Below are positions 18,452-27,559 of a DNA stretch of 32,773 nt, piece by piece. The first letter of the stretch is position 1; every line of letters begins with the position of its first letter. The position numbers were made by a program, and so were the translations under genes. The notes beneath the pieces are model-generated. The model ran no database searches. It was given only the letters and a program-made list of their open reading frames with translations, and was not told where the DNA came from. Source of the stretch: Candidatus Latescibacterota bacterium (GTDB lineage Bacteria > Latescibacterota > UBA2968); the NCBI GenBank assembly GCA_038279365.1, contig JAYODI010000068.1:1-32773 (forward strand), in the 5' to 3' direction.

Positions 18452-20056
18452 ATGGAAACGTTATCAGATGTTGTGCAAAAAGCGGTTGAGGGTGATTTGA
18501 AGGCATTTAAGACGCTTGTGGAGCGGTTTCAGGATATGGCTGTTGGGTATGCATTTTCTATTTTGGGTGATTTTCACTTGGCTGAAGATGCGGCCCAAGA
18601 AGCGTTTGTGGAAGCCAATCGCGATTTGTCCACACTAAATGAACCTGCAGCTTTTTCAAGTTGGTTTCGCAAACTTGTCTTTAAACAATGTGATCGCATT
18701 TGGCGTAAAAAAAAGCTTGAAACATCACCTTTAACAGAAGCACAAGAAGAAGCGAATCACGCCCCCAATCCATTGGATTTAATTGAGAAAAAAGACATGA
18801 AAGCTTGGATTCACAACACCATTGATACGTTGCCCGAACAACAGCGACAGGCGATTATGTTGTTTTATATTTCTGATTATTCACAAAAAGAGATTGCTTC
18901 GTTTTTGGATGTGCCACAAACCACGGTTCAAAAAAGATTGTATGATGGTCGCCAGCGATTGAAGGAAGAGATGCTCGGGAAGATAAAAGAAGAAATTCAA
19001 AGTCATGCACCATCTAAGGATGGTCGTTTTGTGCGTCGGCTTGAAGATGCGATGATGAACAATGACATTGGTTATTTAAAGGCCTTGATTGAAAAAGACC
19101 CAAGTGCCATCAATCGTGGATATGAATGGTTTAAATTGCGCTACAACAGTCATCCACTGGCTTATGCCACACGTTTGGGAAGGATAGATGTGATGAAAAC
19201 GCTACTCGAAGCAGGTGCCGATGTAAATGTGGATACACAATATGGCAACCCTATGGGGCGAGCGATGGGACGGGGAGATGTTGAAGCGATGGATTTGTTG
19301 TTTGAACATGGCGCAAAATTTGATTTGAACGGGTCATTAATGTTGGCCTGTGAAGTGCAAAGACCCGAGACAATCAAGTGGTTGCTCAACAAAGGGGCTG
19401 ATCCCAATTTTTATCATGAGGGGTGGGGGTGTTCGGTGTTGATGGCTTTGGCACAGACGTATACACGGCGCAACACATTAAGTGAATGTGTTAATATTTT
19501 GATTGATGCGGGCGCTGAGTTTGAAGATGGGCCCATCATGGATATTTTGCGTGGGCGAGCGGATTTATTAATGGCGCGGATAGATAAAGATCCCCAATTG
19601 GTATACAAACGTTTTGATTTTGATTATGGCGATCATTTAACGCTGCGTGGTGTGACGTTGTTGCATATTGCTGTGGAGTACAATATAAAATCATGCGTGG
19701 ATGTATTGCTTTTACATGGGGCAGATATCAATGCTCGGGCAGAGGTGGGCAAAAATGGTGTGGGCGGTCAAACGCCACTTTTTCATGTCATTGGCAGCAA
19801 TCAGGGGCGTTGTTATGAGATGTTTGAATATCTGTTGTTGAAGGCGCCCGACTTGCGTGTGGTGGCCAAAGTTCAGGTGAATGACAAGGATGATGGCAAA
19901 GTGATGGATTGTATGCACAAGGGCCAAGATCACTTTTTTGATGCTGTAAAAGAAGTGACACCATTGGGATATGCGCTTTGGTATCAAGAAGAACCGAGTT
20001 GGCGAAGTGCCAAGCGTGAAGTGGCGCGACTCAGAGATTTGGGTGCGCCTGAGTGA
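18452..20056 (+). CDS. ECF sigma-70 factor with C-terminal ankyrin-repeat extension
   Basis: Sigma2/sigma4 ('AEDAAQEAF', 'SQKEIASFL.VP..TV.KRL') followed by ankyrins ('PLAYA...GR.DVMKTLLEAGADVN', 'TLLHIAVEYN...CVDVLL.HGADINA'). Confidence 0.85.
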   Translation: METLSDVVQKAVEGDLKAFKTLVERFQDMAVGYAFSILGDFHLAEDAAQEAFVEANRDLSTLNEPAAFSSWFRKLVFKQCDRIWRKKKLETSPLTEAQEEANHAPNPLDLIEKKDMKAWIHNTIDTLPEQQRQAIMLFYISDYSQKEIASFLDVPQTTVQKRLYDGRQRLKEEMLGKIKEEIQSHAPSKDGRFVRRLEDAMMNNDIGYLKALIEKDPSAINRGYEWFKLRYNSHPLAYATRLGRIDVMKTLLEAGADVNVDTQYGNPMGRAMGRGDVEAMDLLFEHGAKFDLNGSLMLACEVQRPETIKWLLNKGADPNFYHEGWGCSVLMALAQTYTRRNTLSECVNILIDAGAEFEDGPIMDILRGRADLLMARIDKDPQLVYKRFDFDYGDHLTLRGVTLLHIAVEYNIKSCVDVLLLHGADINARAEVGKNGVGGQTPLFHVIGSNQGRCYEMFEYLLLKAPDLRVVAKVQVNDKDDGKVMDCMHKGQDHFFDAVKEVTPLGYALWYQEEPSWRSAKREVARLRDLGAPE

Positions 20057-20070
20057 TAGGGTTATAAATT

Positions 20071-20103
20071 AAAAAAGCCGACGTTATTGACGTCGGCTTT
20101 TTT
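20071..20103. terminator. Bidirectional terminator between convergent genes
   Basis: AAAAAAGCCGACGT-TATTG-ACGTCGGCTTTTTT. Confidence 0.85.
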
Positions 20104-20123
20104 ATGGTGTTCAGTCAGCAATA

Positions 20124-22052
20124 CTATTCTTCTTCATCACTGCCTGTTGTGTCGGTGGTGCCCCCAATGAATTTGGCGCTTTTGACTTCGCGGTTGGCCA
20201 AGCGTATGCCTTTGGCGGTTTTGCCTTTTACCAAAAAGTCTGCCACTGCAAATTCTTCTTCGAGAATGCGTACCCGTGGTTTGGGTTTGTAACTGACTTG
20301 TACATGGACGTTTTGATCGGTGGTGAGCTTGAGCACTTTACACCCTTCAGGCACCAATTCATAGGCTTTGTTCATGATAAATTTGTCAAGGTTACACCGT
20401 TTGATGCATGGGTAATTCGTTTTCTTTTCGCGATAGATGACGGTGTAAATACGCTCAGGATCGACAAACCCACAAAAGAGCATGCCTTTGTCTACAAAGA
20501 GTCGGTCGGGTGCATCGTGGAGTGAATAGGTACCGTTTTGGCGAATAACCAATACGCGGTCATATTGGGAAACATCCAAGAGCGTGTTGCCATTGACTTC
20601 ATAACCCAAGTAGCCTGTGTTTTTGTCGTAGCGCAGTTTGAGGTTGCGTTGGGCTGCATCGCGCACGTCTACTTGATCGAATGAACCGACTTCAGTACGG
20701 CGGGGATATTGGTCTTTGTATTGGTCAATCAGGTATTCAATAAAGTCGATGGTAAAGCTGATGATGTTACCCAAGTTGGTTTGGATTTCTTTGAGGCGGG
20801 CGCGAATGTCGCGCATTTCTTTTTGGGCTTTGTTGATGTCGTAGAGCGAAATGCGTCGGATGGGAATTCTGAGCAGGGTATCCACATCGTCTTTGGTGAC
20901 TTCGCGTTTGATTTTGTCTTGATACGGTTTGAGGCCATCAAATACGGCTTGGATAACCCCTTCGGCTTCGGTGACTTCTTCAATGGCTTTGTAAACGCGT
21001 TCTTCAATAAAGATTTGTTCGAGTGTTTTGGCGTGTAATTTGTCGCGTAGTTGTTTTTGCTCAATTTTGAGTTCTGCTGTGAGAATTTCTACGGTATGAT
21101 CGGCATTGTATTTGAGTATTTCTGTAATGGTGCCAATGTGTGGTCGGTTGTCTTTGATGACGAGTGCATTGATGCTGATGGATTGTTCGCAGTCTGTGAA
21201 TGCATAAAGGGCGTCAACGGTGTCTTTGGCATGCACGCCACGCGCTAGGCGAATCTCAATTTCGACATCTTCACCTGTGAAGTCACTGATGCCAGCAATT
21301 TTGATTTTGTTTTTACGTGCGGCGGCCTCAATGGACGCGATGAGTGATTCTGTGGTGGAACCAAATGGGAGTTCGCGAACAACAATGCTTTTGGGGTCTT
21401 TGGTGTCGAGCTTGGCACGCACAAGCACTTTGCCGTTGCCATCGGCATATTCGGCAACATCCACATAACCACCAGTGGGAAAGTCGGGAAAAACTTGAAA
21501 CGTTTCGCCTTTGAGGTAAGCAATTTGAGCTTGCAAGAGTTCGATGAGGTTGTGTGGCAAAATGCGGGTGGACATGCCGGAGGCAATGCCTTCTGTACCT
21601 TGGATGAGCAAAACGGGTATTTTGGCGGGAAAAGCAATGGGCTCTTTGTTGCGCCCATCATATGATTCGACGTATTCGGTTATTTCGGAATTGAAGAGGA
21701 CATCGTTGGCCAGTTTGGTGAGGCGACATTCGATGTAGCGAGGCGCAGAGGCATCATCGCCCGTAAAGATGTTACCAAAGTTGCCTTGTTTTTCAATGAG
21801 CAGGTCTTTGTTGGCCAAGTTGACCAATGCACCATTGATGGAAAGATCTCCGTGGGGATGGTATTTCATGGTTTGGCCAACGATGTTGGCTACTTTGTGA
21901 AATTTGCCATCGTCTTGTTCTTTGAGTGCGTGTAAAATACGGCGCTGTACGGGTTTTAAACCGTCGTCAATATTGGGAATGGCACGGTCTTTAATAACAT
22001 AAGACGCGTGTTCCATGTAGTAGCGGTCGAATAGGGTGTCGATATAGGCCAT
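20124..22052 (-). CDS. parC: DNA topoisomerase IV subunit A
   Basis: 'RAIP...DGLKPVQRRIL', 'YHPHGD', 'QGNFG', catalytic 'APRYIE'; short C-terminal domain without a GyrA-box; downstream of parE. Confidence 0.9.
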   Translation of the reverse strand: MAYIDTLFDRYYMEHASYVIKDRAIPNIDDGLKPVQRRILHALKEQDDGKFHKVANIVGQTMKYHPHGDLSINGALVNLANKDLLIEKQGNFGNIFTGDDASAPRYIECRLTKLANDVLFNSEITEYVESYDGRNKEPIAFPAKIPVLLIQGTEGIASGMSTRILPHNLIELLQAQIAYLKGETFQVFPDFPTGGYVDVAEYADGNGKVLVRAKLDTKDPKSIVVRELPFGSTTESLIASIEAAARKNKIKIAGISDFTGEDVEIEIRLARGVHAKDTVDALYAFTDCEQSISINALVIKDNRPHIGTITEILKYNADHTVEILTAELKIEQKQLRDKLHAKTLEQIFIEERVYKAIEEVTEAEGVIQAVFDGLKPYQDKIKREVTKDDVDTLLRIPIRRISLYDINKAQKEMRDIRARLKEIQTNLGNIISFTIDFIEYLIDQYKDQYPRRTEVGSFDQVDVRDAAQRNLKLRYDKNTGYLGYEVNGNTLLDVSQYDRVLVIRQNGTYSLHDAPDRLFVDKGMLFCGFVDPERIYTVIYREKKTNYPCIKRCNLDKFIMNKAYELVPEGCKVLKLTTDQNVHVQVSYKPKPRVRILEEEFAVADFLVKGKTAKGIRLANREVKSAKFIGGTTDTTGSDEEE

Positions 22053-22078
22053 GGAGATTACTCAGTGGTTAAATGTTG

Positions 22079-22154
22079 AGTCACGGGTCTGCAGGTCACG
22101 GGTCGCAGGTCAAAATCGGAAAGACCTGTGACTTGCAGACTTGTGACTGTTTTT
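22079..22154 (+). repeat. 26-bp-arm inverted repeat built from ~7-nt units
   Basis: Arms 22079-22104 and 22123-22148; all four mismatches are G-U pairs on the + strand; followed by GTTTTT. Confidence 0.7.
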
Positions 22155-22159
22155 CTGAA

Positions 22160-24046
22160 TTAGACTAAGTTTTCTATGATATAGTCGCGGCGGTCGGGTG
22201 TGTTTTTGCCCATGTAAAATTCGAGCGTGTTGGATACCGCAGCAAGGGAGCGTACATCCACTTTGATGAGGCGAATGTCTTCGCCAATGAATTGCCCAAA
22301 TTCTTTGGGTGAGATTTCACCCAAACCCTTAAAGCGTGTCACTTCGGGGTTGCGAATGGCTTTGATGGCTTCTTCGCTTTCTTTTTCGGTGTAGCAGTAG
22401 CGGGTTTCTTTGCTGTTGCGCACTCGGAATAGGGGCGTTTCGAGAATGTAGATGTGGCCCGATGTAACGAGTTCTTCAAAGTAATTGAGAAAAAATGTCA
22501 TCAGAAGGTTGCGGATGTGGAAACCATCGTAGTCGGCGTCTGTGGCAATGACCACTTTGTTAAAGCGTAAGTTTTCTACGCTGTCTTCAATGCCGAGGGC
22601 GGTCATGAGATTGAAGAGTTCTTCGTTTTTGTAAATGGCGGCTTTTGTACGGCCAAAAACATTGAGAGGCACCCCTTTAAGACCAAAGATGGCTTGACTC
22701 ATCACATCGCGTGAGGCCACCATAGACCCAGCAGCCGATGGCCCTTCGGTGATAAAGATGGTTGATTCTTCGCCATGTTTTTTGTCGCCATAGTGATATT
22801 TGCAGTCTTTGAAATGGGGAATTTTGATGGCGACTTTTCGTGCGGCGTCTTTGGCTTCTTTGCGAACGGCGTTGAGTTCTTTGCGCAGGCGTTCGTTCTG
22901 GTTGATTTTTTCTTGGAGTTTTTTGGATGCATCGGGGTTTTTGTGTAAAAAATCGACAACGGCACTGCGCGTTTCAGGTACAATCCAAGAACGCACTTCG
23001 GTGTTGCCCAGTTTGTTTTTGGTTTGCGATTCAAAAATGGGGTCTTTGAGTTTGACGGCCACGGCACCACTGATAGACTCGCGCACGTCTACACCGTTGT
23101 AGTTCTTTTTAAAATATTCGTTTACGCCTTTTAAGATCCCTTCGCGAAATGCACTTTGATGCGTACCGCCATCGCTGGTGTATTGTCCATTGACAAAGGA
23201 GAAGTAATTTTCACCATAGTTGGTGGTGTGTGTAAATGCAAATTCGAGATACTGTCCTTTAAAGTAAGCGGGCTCGTAGGTGACGTTGTCACCGACTTCG
23301 GCATTGAGAAAATCGAGAAGACCGTTTTTGGATACAAATTTTTGTTTGTTAAAGATGAGTGTGAGGCCACTGTTGAGGCAGGCATAATTCCACATGCGCC
23401 GTTCAACGTATTCGAAGTTGTATTCGTATTCGTTGAAGATTTCAGGGTCTGGATAAAACTCGATGAGGGTACCATTGGGTTCAGTGGTTTTGCCACTTTT
23501 TTCATTTTGAAGGTCGCCACGCTCAAAGGTGGCTTCGGCATATTTGCCATCGCGGTAGGCTGTTACGCGAAATTGTGTGGAGAGTGCATTAACAGCTTTG
23601 GTACCCACACCGTTGAGACCCACACTGAATTGGAAGACGTCGTCGTTGTATTTGGCACCGGTGTTGATGACAGAGACACATTCGACAATTTTGCCCAACG
23701 GAATACCACGACCATAGTCGCGTACACGAACATGGTTTCCGTCTATGGTGATGTCTACTTTTTGGCCATGTCCCATAATAAATTCGTCAATGGCATTGTC
23801 GACAACTTCTTTGAGCAAGATGTAAATACCATCGTTGGGATCGTCGCCATTGCCCAATCGACCAATGTACATGCCTGTGCGCAAACGAATGTGTTCGAGC
23901 GATGAAAGGGTTTTGATTTTGCTTTCATCATATACGGCACCATTTTTTTTGCCATTGGTCTTGCCATTGCTTTTGCCGTTGGTTGGGGTGCCAAGCAAGT
24001 CGAGTTGTGATTGAGATGTACTGCGCGATTTGGTGGCTATTGGCAT
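22160..24046 (-). CDS. parE: DNA topoisomerase IV subunit B
   Basis: GHKL motifs 'EVVDNAIDE', 'DYGRGIP', 'GLNGVG'; TOPRIM 'ITEG.SA', 'ATDAD.DG.HI'; 'RFKGLGE'. Confidence 0.9.
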   Translation of the reverse strand: MPIATKSRSTSQSQLDLLGTPTNGKSNGKTNGKKNGAVYDESKIKTLSSLEHIRLRTGMYIGRLGNGDDPNDGIYILLKEVVDNAIDEFIMGHGQKVDITIDGNHVRVRDYGRGIPLGKIVECVSVINTGAKYNDDVFQFSVGLNGVGTKAVNALSTQFRVTAYRDGKYAEATFERGDLQNEKSGKTTEPNGTLIEFYPDPEIFNEYEYNFEYVERRMWNYACLNSGLTLIFNKQKFVSKNGLLDFLNAEVGDNVTYEPAYFKGQYLEFAFTHTTNYGENYFSFVNGQYTSDGGTHQSAFREGILKGVNEYFKKNYNGVDVRESISGAVAVKLKDPIFESQTKNKLGNTEVRSWIVPETRSAVVDFLHKNPDASKKLQEKINQNERLRKELNAVRKEAKDAARKVAIKIPHFKDCKYHYGDKKHGEESTIFITEGPSAAGSMVASRDVMSQAIFGLKGVPLNVFGRTKAAIYKNEELFNLMTALGIEDSVENLRFNKVVIATDADYDGFHIRNLLMTFFLNYFEELVTSGHIYILETPLFRVRNSKETRYCYTEKESEEAIKAIRNPEVTRFKGLGEISPKEFGQFIGEDIRLIKVDVRSLAAVSNTLEFYMGKNTPDRRDYIIENLV

Positions 24047-24259
24047 ATGTTTTCCGTGGGTTTGAGAGGTGATTTAAAATGGTTATGGGTGCGTACACAC
24101 ATCACGGACCATGTCAATATGGTGCTGTGTTTTATGTTATTCGGAAATGAAGACGTTAAAGGATTAAGTGTGGGTTGTGTGTAACGATAAACTGATGGAT
24201 ATATCAACCGAGTGTGCGGTGAATAACCGCTTGGTTGAGGCTTTTGGGAGAGGTAGTAT

Positions 24260-24288
24260 AATATAGTAAGTGAACGGTATTCTTTCAA
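24260..24288 (-). promoter_or_regulatory. Sigma70-type promoter for parE-parC
   Basis: On the minus strand TTGAAA-17 bp-TATATT. Confidence 0.5.
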
Positions 24289-24395
24289 GTCCTAATCTAA
24301 ATCACGCTTTCACATGAAGTGGAATGGGTTCCTGGTAGACAAAGTTTGATGTCTTTTTACAAAATGTGATTAAAACATTTTTTTGCGTTTAAATG

Positions 24396-24434
24396 ACAAA
24401 AGCCCCTGCTCACACCATTGGCAGGGGCTTTTGT
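24396..24434. terminator. Intrinsic terminator
   Basis: ACAAAAGCCCCTGC/GCAGGGGCTTTTGT 14-bp stem downstream of the 24458 gene. Confidence 0.8.
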
Positions 24435-24457
24435 GCTGTTCGCTAACTTTTTTGGTC

Positions 24458-25834
24458 TTAAAAGGTGCTTTCTTTTGTGGTTACGGGGCACCAGCGTGTG
24501 GTTTCCATCCAATGGAGCAATGTATCAACTGCTTGGGGGGTACGAATACGCCGAAGGGCTGTAACGGCGTGACCACTCACATAACGGTTGGGGTCATTGA
24601 GTGCTTGTTTAAGTGCAGGTACGGCCTCGGCGGCATCTGTGCCAAAACACGCCAGTGCATAGGCCGCATTGTAACGTACTTGTCCATCATCATCGTGTAT
24701 GAGTGCATTGGCAAGTGCGGGCACAGATACGTCTGCATGGCTGGCTATGGTGCCAAGGGCTTCTACGGCATGGTGGCGCACCCAAGGTGATGCATCTTTG
24801 AGTTTTTGTGTGAGTAGGGGTGTTGCATCTTGTGCTTGTGCACCCATATCGCCCAAGGCAAAGGCGGCATGAGCGCGCACCTCATCGCTTTCGTGGGTAA
24901 GTGCATTTTGAAGCGATTCAACGGCGGGTTCACCCACCAGTGAGAGCCCATAGACAGATGCGCGGCGTGCGTGTTCATTGTTGCTTATAAGGGCTTGCAT
25001 GAGTGTCTCGGTTGCCAATTCGCCCATGGATCCAAGTGTATAAGCTGCATTGAGGCGATCAGGTTCGGCATCTGAGGTGAGGGTTTTGGCAAGGGTTTGA
25101 ATGTCACCGGTTTCAGAAACAGGCGCACGGCCACTGAGCCAGTTCCAATGTTGTTGCCACATGACATCGTGTTTGGACAAGTCGTTGTGAAGCGATTGCC
25201 ATTGGGTGTCCACATTGTTCCAGGTGGGGTGTGTGGGTTCGCTCATGCGGTGAAACTGAAATTTCATCATAAAGCGGTTGGCGTCGGTAAAGTTGGCTGA
25301 TGCTTGGTGCCATATGTCGAAGTGGACAATGGCAATGGTGCCTGCCTGCCCCAAGACGGGTTGCCCGAGTGTTTCAATTTGTTCAAAACGTTGGTCATAA
25401 CAATGTGATCCTGCCACAACGCGCGTGGGGCCATTTTGGAGGGTAATGGCTTGTGGATAATAAAAGACCATGGCCCAGCGTGGGCGGTGGTAACGAATCT
25501 TTTTGTAACCCCAATAGCTGTCTTTGTGCCACCCACGATCTTCGGTTTTGCCTTTGGTGAGGTGTCCATGTCGATGGGTGTGCATGACAAAATCGGGGCC
25601 CAGCAAGCTGCTAAAAGCACCTGTTACTGTGGGATGGTCAAAGACCTGTTGCAGTTCGGGCACACGGGGTAAGAGGTTGTTGCCTGGGTTGCCTTCGGTA
25701 TTGTAGACGGTTTCACATCTTTGATAAATGTGTTCGTGAAATCCTTCGGGCATATCGACATGAAGCACGACAAAACCATTGCTGATGAATTGACGCATGT
25801 GTTCGTCGGTAAAGAGGTTGTTTACCTGCGACAT
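24458..25834 (-). CDS. PhyH-like dioxygenase fused to HEAT/PBS-lyase repeats
   Basis: 'WHKD', 'GPT.V..GSH', 'DIWH'; C-terminal repeats 'L.D....VR..AA.ALG'; GGAG RBS before ATG 25834. Confidence 0.85.
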   Translation of the reverse strand: MSQVNNLFTDEHMRQFISNGFVVLHVDMPEGFHEHIYQRCETVYNTEGNPGNNLLPRVPELQQVFDHPTVTGAFSSLLGPDFVMHTHRHGHLTKGKTEDRGWHKDSYWGYKKIRYHRPRWAMVFYYPQAITLQNGPTRVVAGSHCYDQRFEQIETLGQPVLGQAGTIAIVHFDIWHQASANFTDANRFMMKFQFHRMSEPTHPTWNNVDTQWQSLHNDLSKHDVMWQQHWNWLSGRAPVSETGDIQTLAKTLTSDAEPDRLNAAYTLGSMGELATETLMQALISNNEHARRASVYGLSLVGEPAVESLQNALTHESDEVRAHAAFALGDMGAQAQDATPLLTQKLKDASPWVRHHAVEALGTIASHADVSVPALANALIHDDDGQVRYNAAYALACFGTDAAEAVPALKQALNDPNRYVSGHAVTALRRIRTPQAVDTLLHWMETTRWCPVTTKESTF

Positions 25835-25943
25835 ATTTATCTCCAAAGAGAGGGTTTTTGCTGATAAGGTAGAATTGTCAAATTACGATACGGGGTCAAA
25901 TTTGTCTATACACAATCCCGTCATTTTTGTATCCTATTTCGAT

Positions 25944-26786
25944 ATGAATACACATTTACCACACCTCACATCGCGTCGTCCATTTGTAGACCGCATTCAT
26001 ATTCGGTTGTTAACGGTAAATAAAACGACCATCGATTCGCGATGGCGGTTGCAAGATGTGCGCAGCAGTCATTGGCGTCTCTATATCAATTTTCGCGATG
26101 GGGCACAGGTGATGGCCGGAGATGAACGGATCGCCTTGATGCCTATGACGGTTTATTTTGTGCCTGCCTGGTTGACTTTTTCAACACAGTGCTTGGGGGC
26201 TGTTGAACACTTTTTTATGCATTTTGATATTTTGGGCATGCCAGGAACGTTGATTCGCGATGTTTTTGATAGGGTGTTTTGTTTGACCACAGATGGCGGG
26301 GTGTTGGCACAAGGAGTTGATTTGGCAAAGCGGGTGGATGCCAATAGGCATGCACAATTGGATGGTCAGCTGTTGGCAAAGGGGTTTTTGTATCAGGCGA
26401 TGGCCCAACTGGTTGTGCAGTTGCCCAAAGATCGACAGATGCAGTTGATGGGTTATGATCGTACTGTGGCACCCGTATTACCCGCTTTGCGGTTTTTGGA
26501 TCAATACTTTCGCCAATCTGTTCGCAACCCCGATCTGGCGGAGTTGTGTCATTTGAGTGTGGATCATTTTATTCGTCGGTTTCGAGCTTGTGTGGGGCAA
26601 ACACCCAATCAGTATTTGTTGGAGCGTCGTATTCACGGTGCGGCACAGCAGTTGTTGTTTTCGGAAGATTCAATAGAGAAAGTGGCCGATGACAATGGAT
26701 TTGGCAACCGACATTATTTTTCACGTATGTTTGGTCGCTTGATGGGGATGCCTCCTGCGTCGTATCGCAATGTGTTGCGGGTATGA
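25944..26786 (+). CDS. AraC-family transcriptional regulator
   Basis: 'LAELCHLS.DHF.R.F...VGQTP.QY...RRI..A..LL.....SIE.VA...GF.N..YFSR.F...MG.PP..YR'; likely start is ATG 25944. Confidence 0.9.
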   Translation: MNTHLPHLTSRRPFVDRIHIRLLTVNKTTIDSRWRLQDVRSSHWRLYINFRDGAQVMAGDERIALMPMTVYFVPAWLTFSTQCLGAVEHFFMHFDILGMPGTLIRDVFDRVFCLTTDGGVLAQGVDLAKRVDANRHAQLDGQLLAKGFLYQAMAQLVVQLPKDRQMQLMGYDRTVAPVLPALRFLDQYFRQSVRNPDLAELCHLSVDHFIRRFRACVGQTPNQYLLERRIHGAAQQLLFSEDSIEKVADDNGFGNRHYFSRMFGRLMGMPPASYRNVLRV

Positions 26787-26793
26787 GGTAAAT

Positions 26794-27546
26794 TTAATCG
26801 ATTTGTTGAAGGGTAAGCATAGGGTTGAGCATGCCGCACATGCCCAATGTGGTGTATTCACTGCGCTGTGGAGGTTGACGATGGTGGGTAACTGTGTTGC
26901 TGTCTGGGTGTGTGGATGTGGGTTTTTGGAGGCGGCTTAGAGAACGTGCGCCCCAAAAACTGGGGCCTGTTTTTATGGCCGATTGGAATGTGTCATGCAA
27001 GGGTTTGATGGCATTTTGGTGGGTTTGAATAAAACGTTGGAGTTCTGCATTATACGCATCTGTATTTTCTTGATGCAATTGTAAAAGGGTCTGGTAGGCA
27101 TGCACAGAATGGTCTCGCCGTTCGAGTGCGCCTTCGAGGCCCTTTTCTTTTGGCAGTGCAGTAAGGCGTTTAAATTCGGCGTCATTTTTATCTACATTTT
27201 TTCCAAAATAGATGCGGGCGTCACCTGATTCGGCCAAACCTGCATTGCCCATCATACCCAAAATGCGCAACTTGTTGTGGCTGATAATGCGATGGAGAAC
27301 AAGCGGGGGAAATTGAACATATTGCCCCGGGGAGAGGGCAAGGCTACGAAAGCCATTGGTAAGGTCGTGTAATTCGACTTCGCCTGAACCTTCAATAACA
27401 TAATATGCCTCATCGCAAATGGCGTGGATATGAGGGCATCCAGAATTTGTGCCATCGGGGGCGGGGCGTTGTTCGTAAACGGCGAGTTCGGTAAGACCAA
27501 TGCCGCCAATGAGGCTGGTGTGATTTGTTTGATTGGGTATGGTCAT
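26794..27546 (-). CDS. Cupin-domain protein
   Basis: Cupin motifs 'PHIH....EAYYVIEGSG' and 'PGQYVQFPP...HR'. Confidence 0.8.
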   Translation of the reverse strand: MTIPNQTNHTSLIGGIGLTELAVYEQRPAPDGTNSGCPHIHAICDEAYYVIEGSGEVELHDLTNGFRSLALSPGQYVQFPPLVLHRIISHNKLRILGMMGNAGLAESGDARIYFGKNVDKNDAEFKRLTALPKEKGLEGALERRDHSVHAYQTLLQLHQENTDAYNAELQRFIQTHQNAIKPLHDTFQSAIKTGPSFWGARSLSRLQKPTSTHPDSNTVTHHRQPPQRSEYTTLGMCGMLNPMLTLQQID

Positions 27547-27559
27547 TTAAAAGTTCGTT

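Noticed and set aside
23156-23905. 249-aa plus-strand ORF
   Set aside because: Antisense shadow of parE.
20124-24046. gyrA/gyrB assignment
   Set aside because: The A subunit is short (642 aa) with no GyrA-box, which fits Topo IV better.
25877-25902. GTCAAATT direct repeat between the PhyH-HEAT and AraC genes
   Set aside because: Could be an AraC site, but it is short and the 18-bp period is atypical; support is insufficient.
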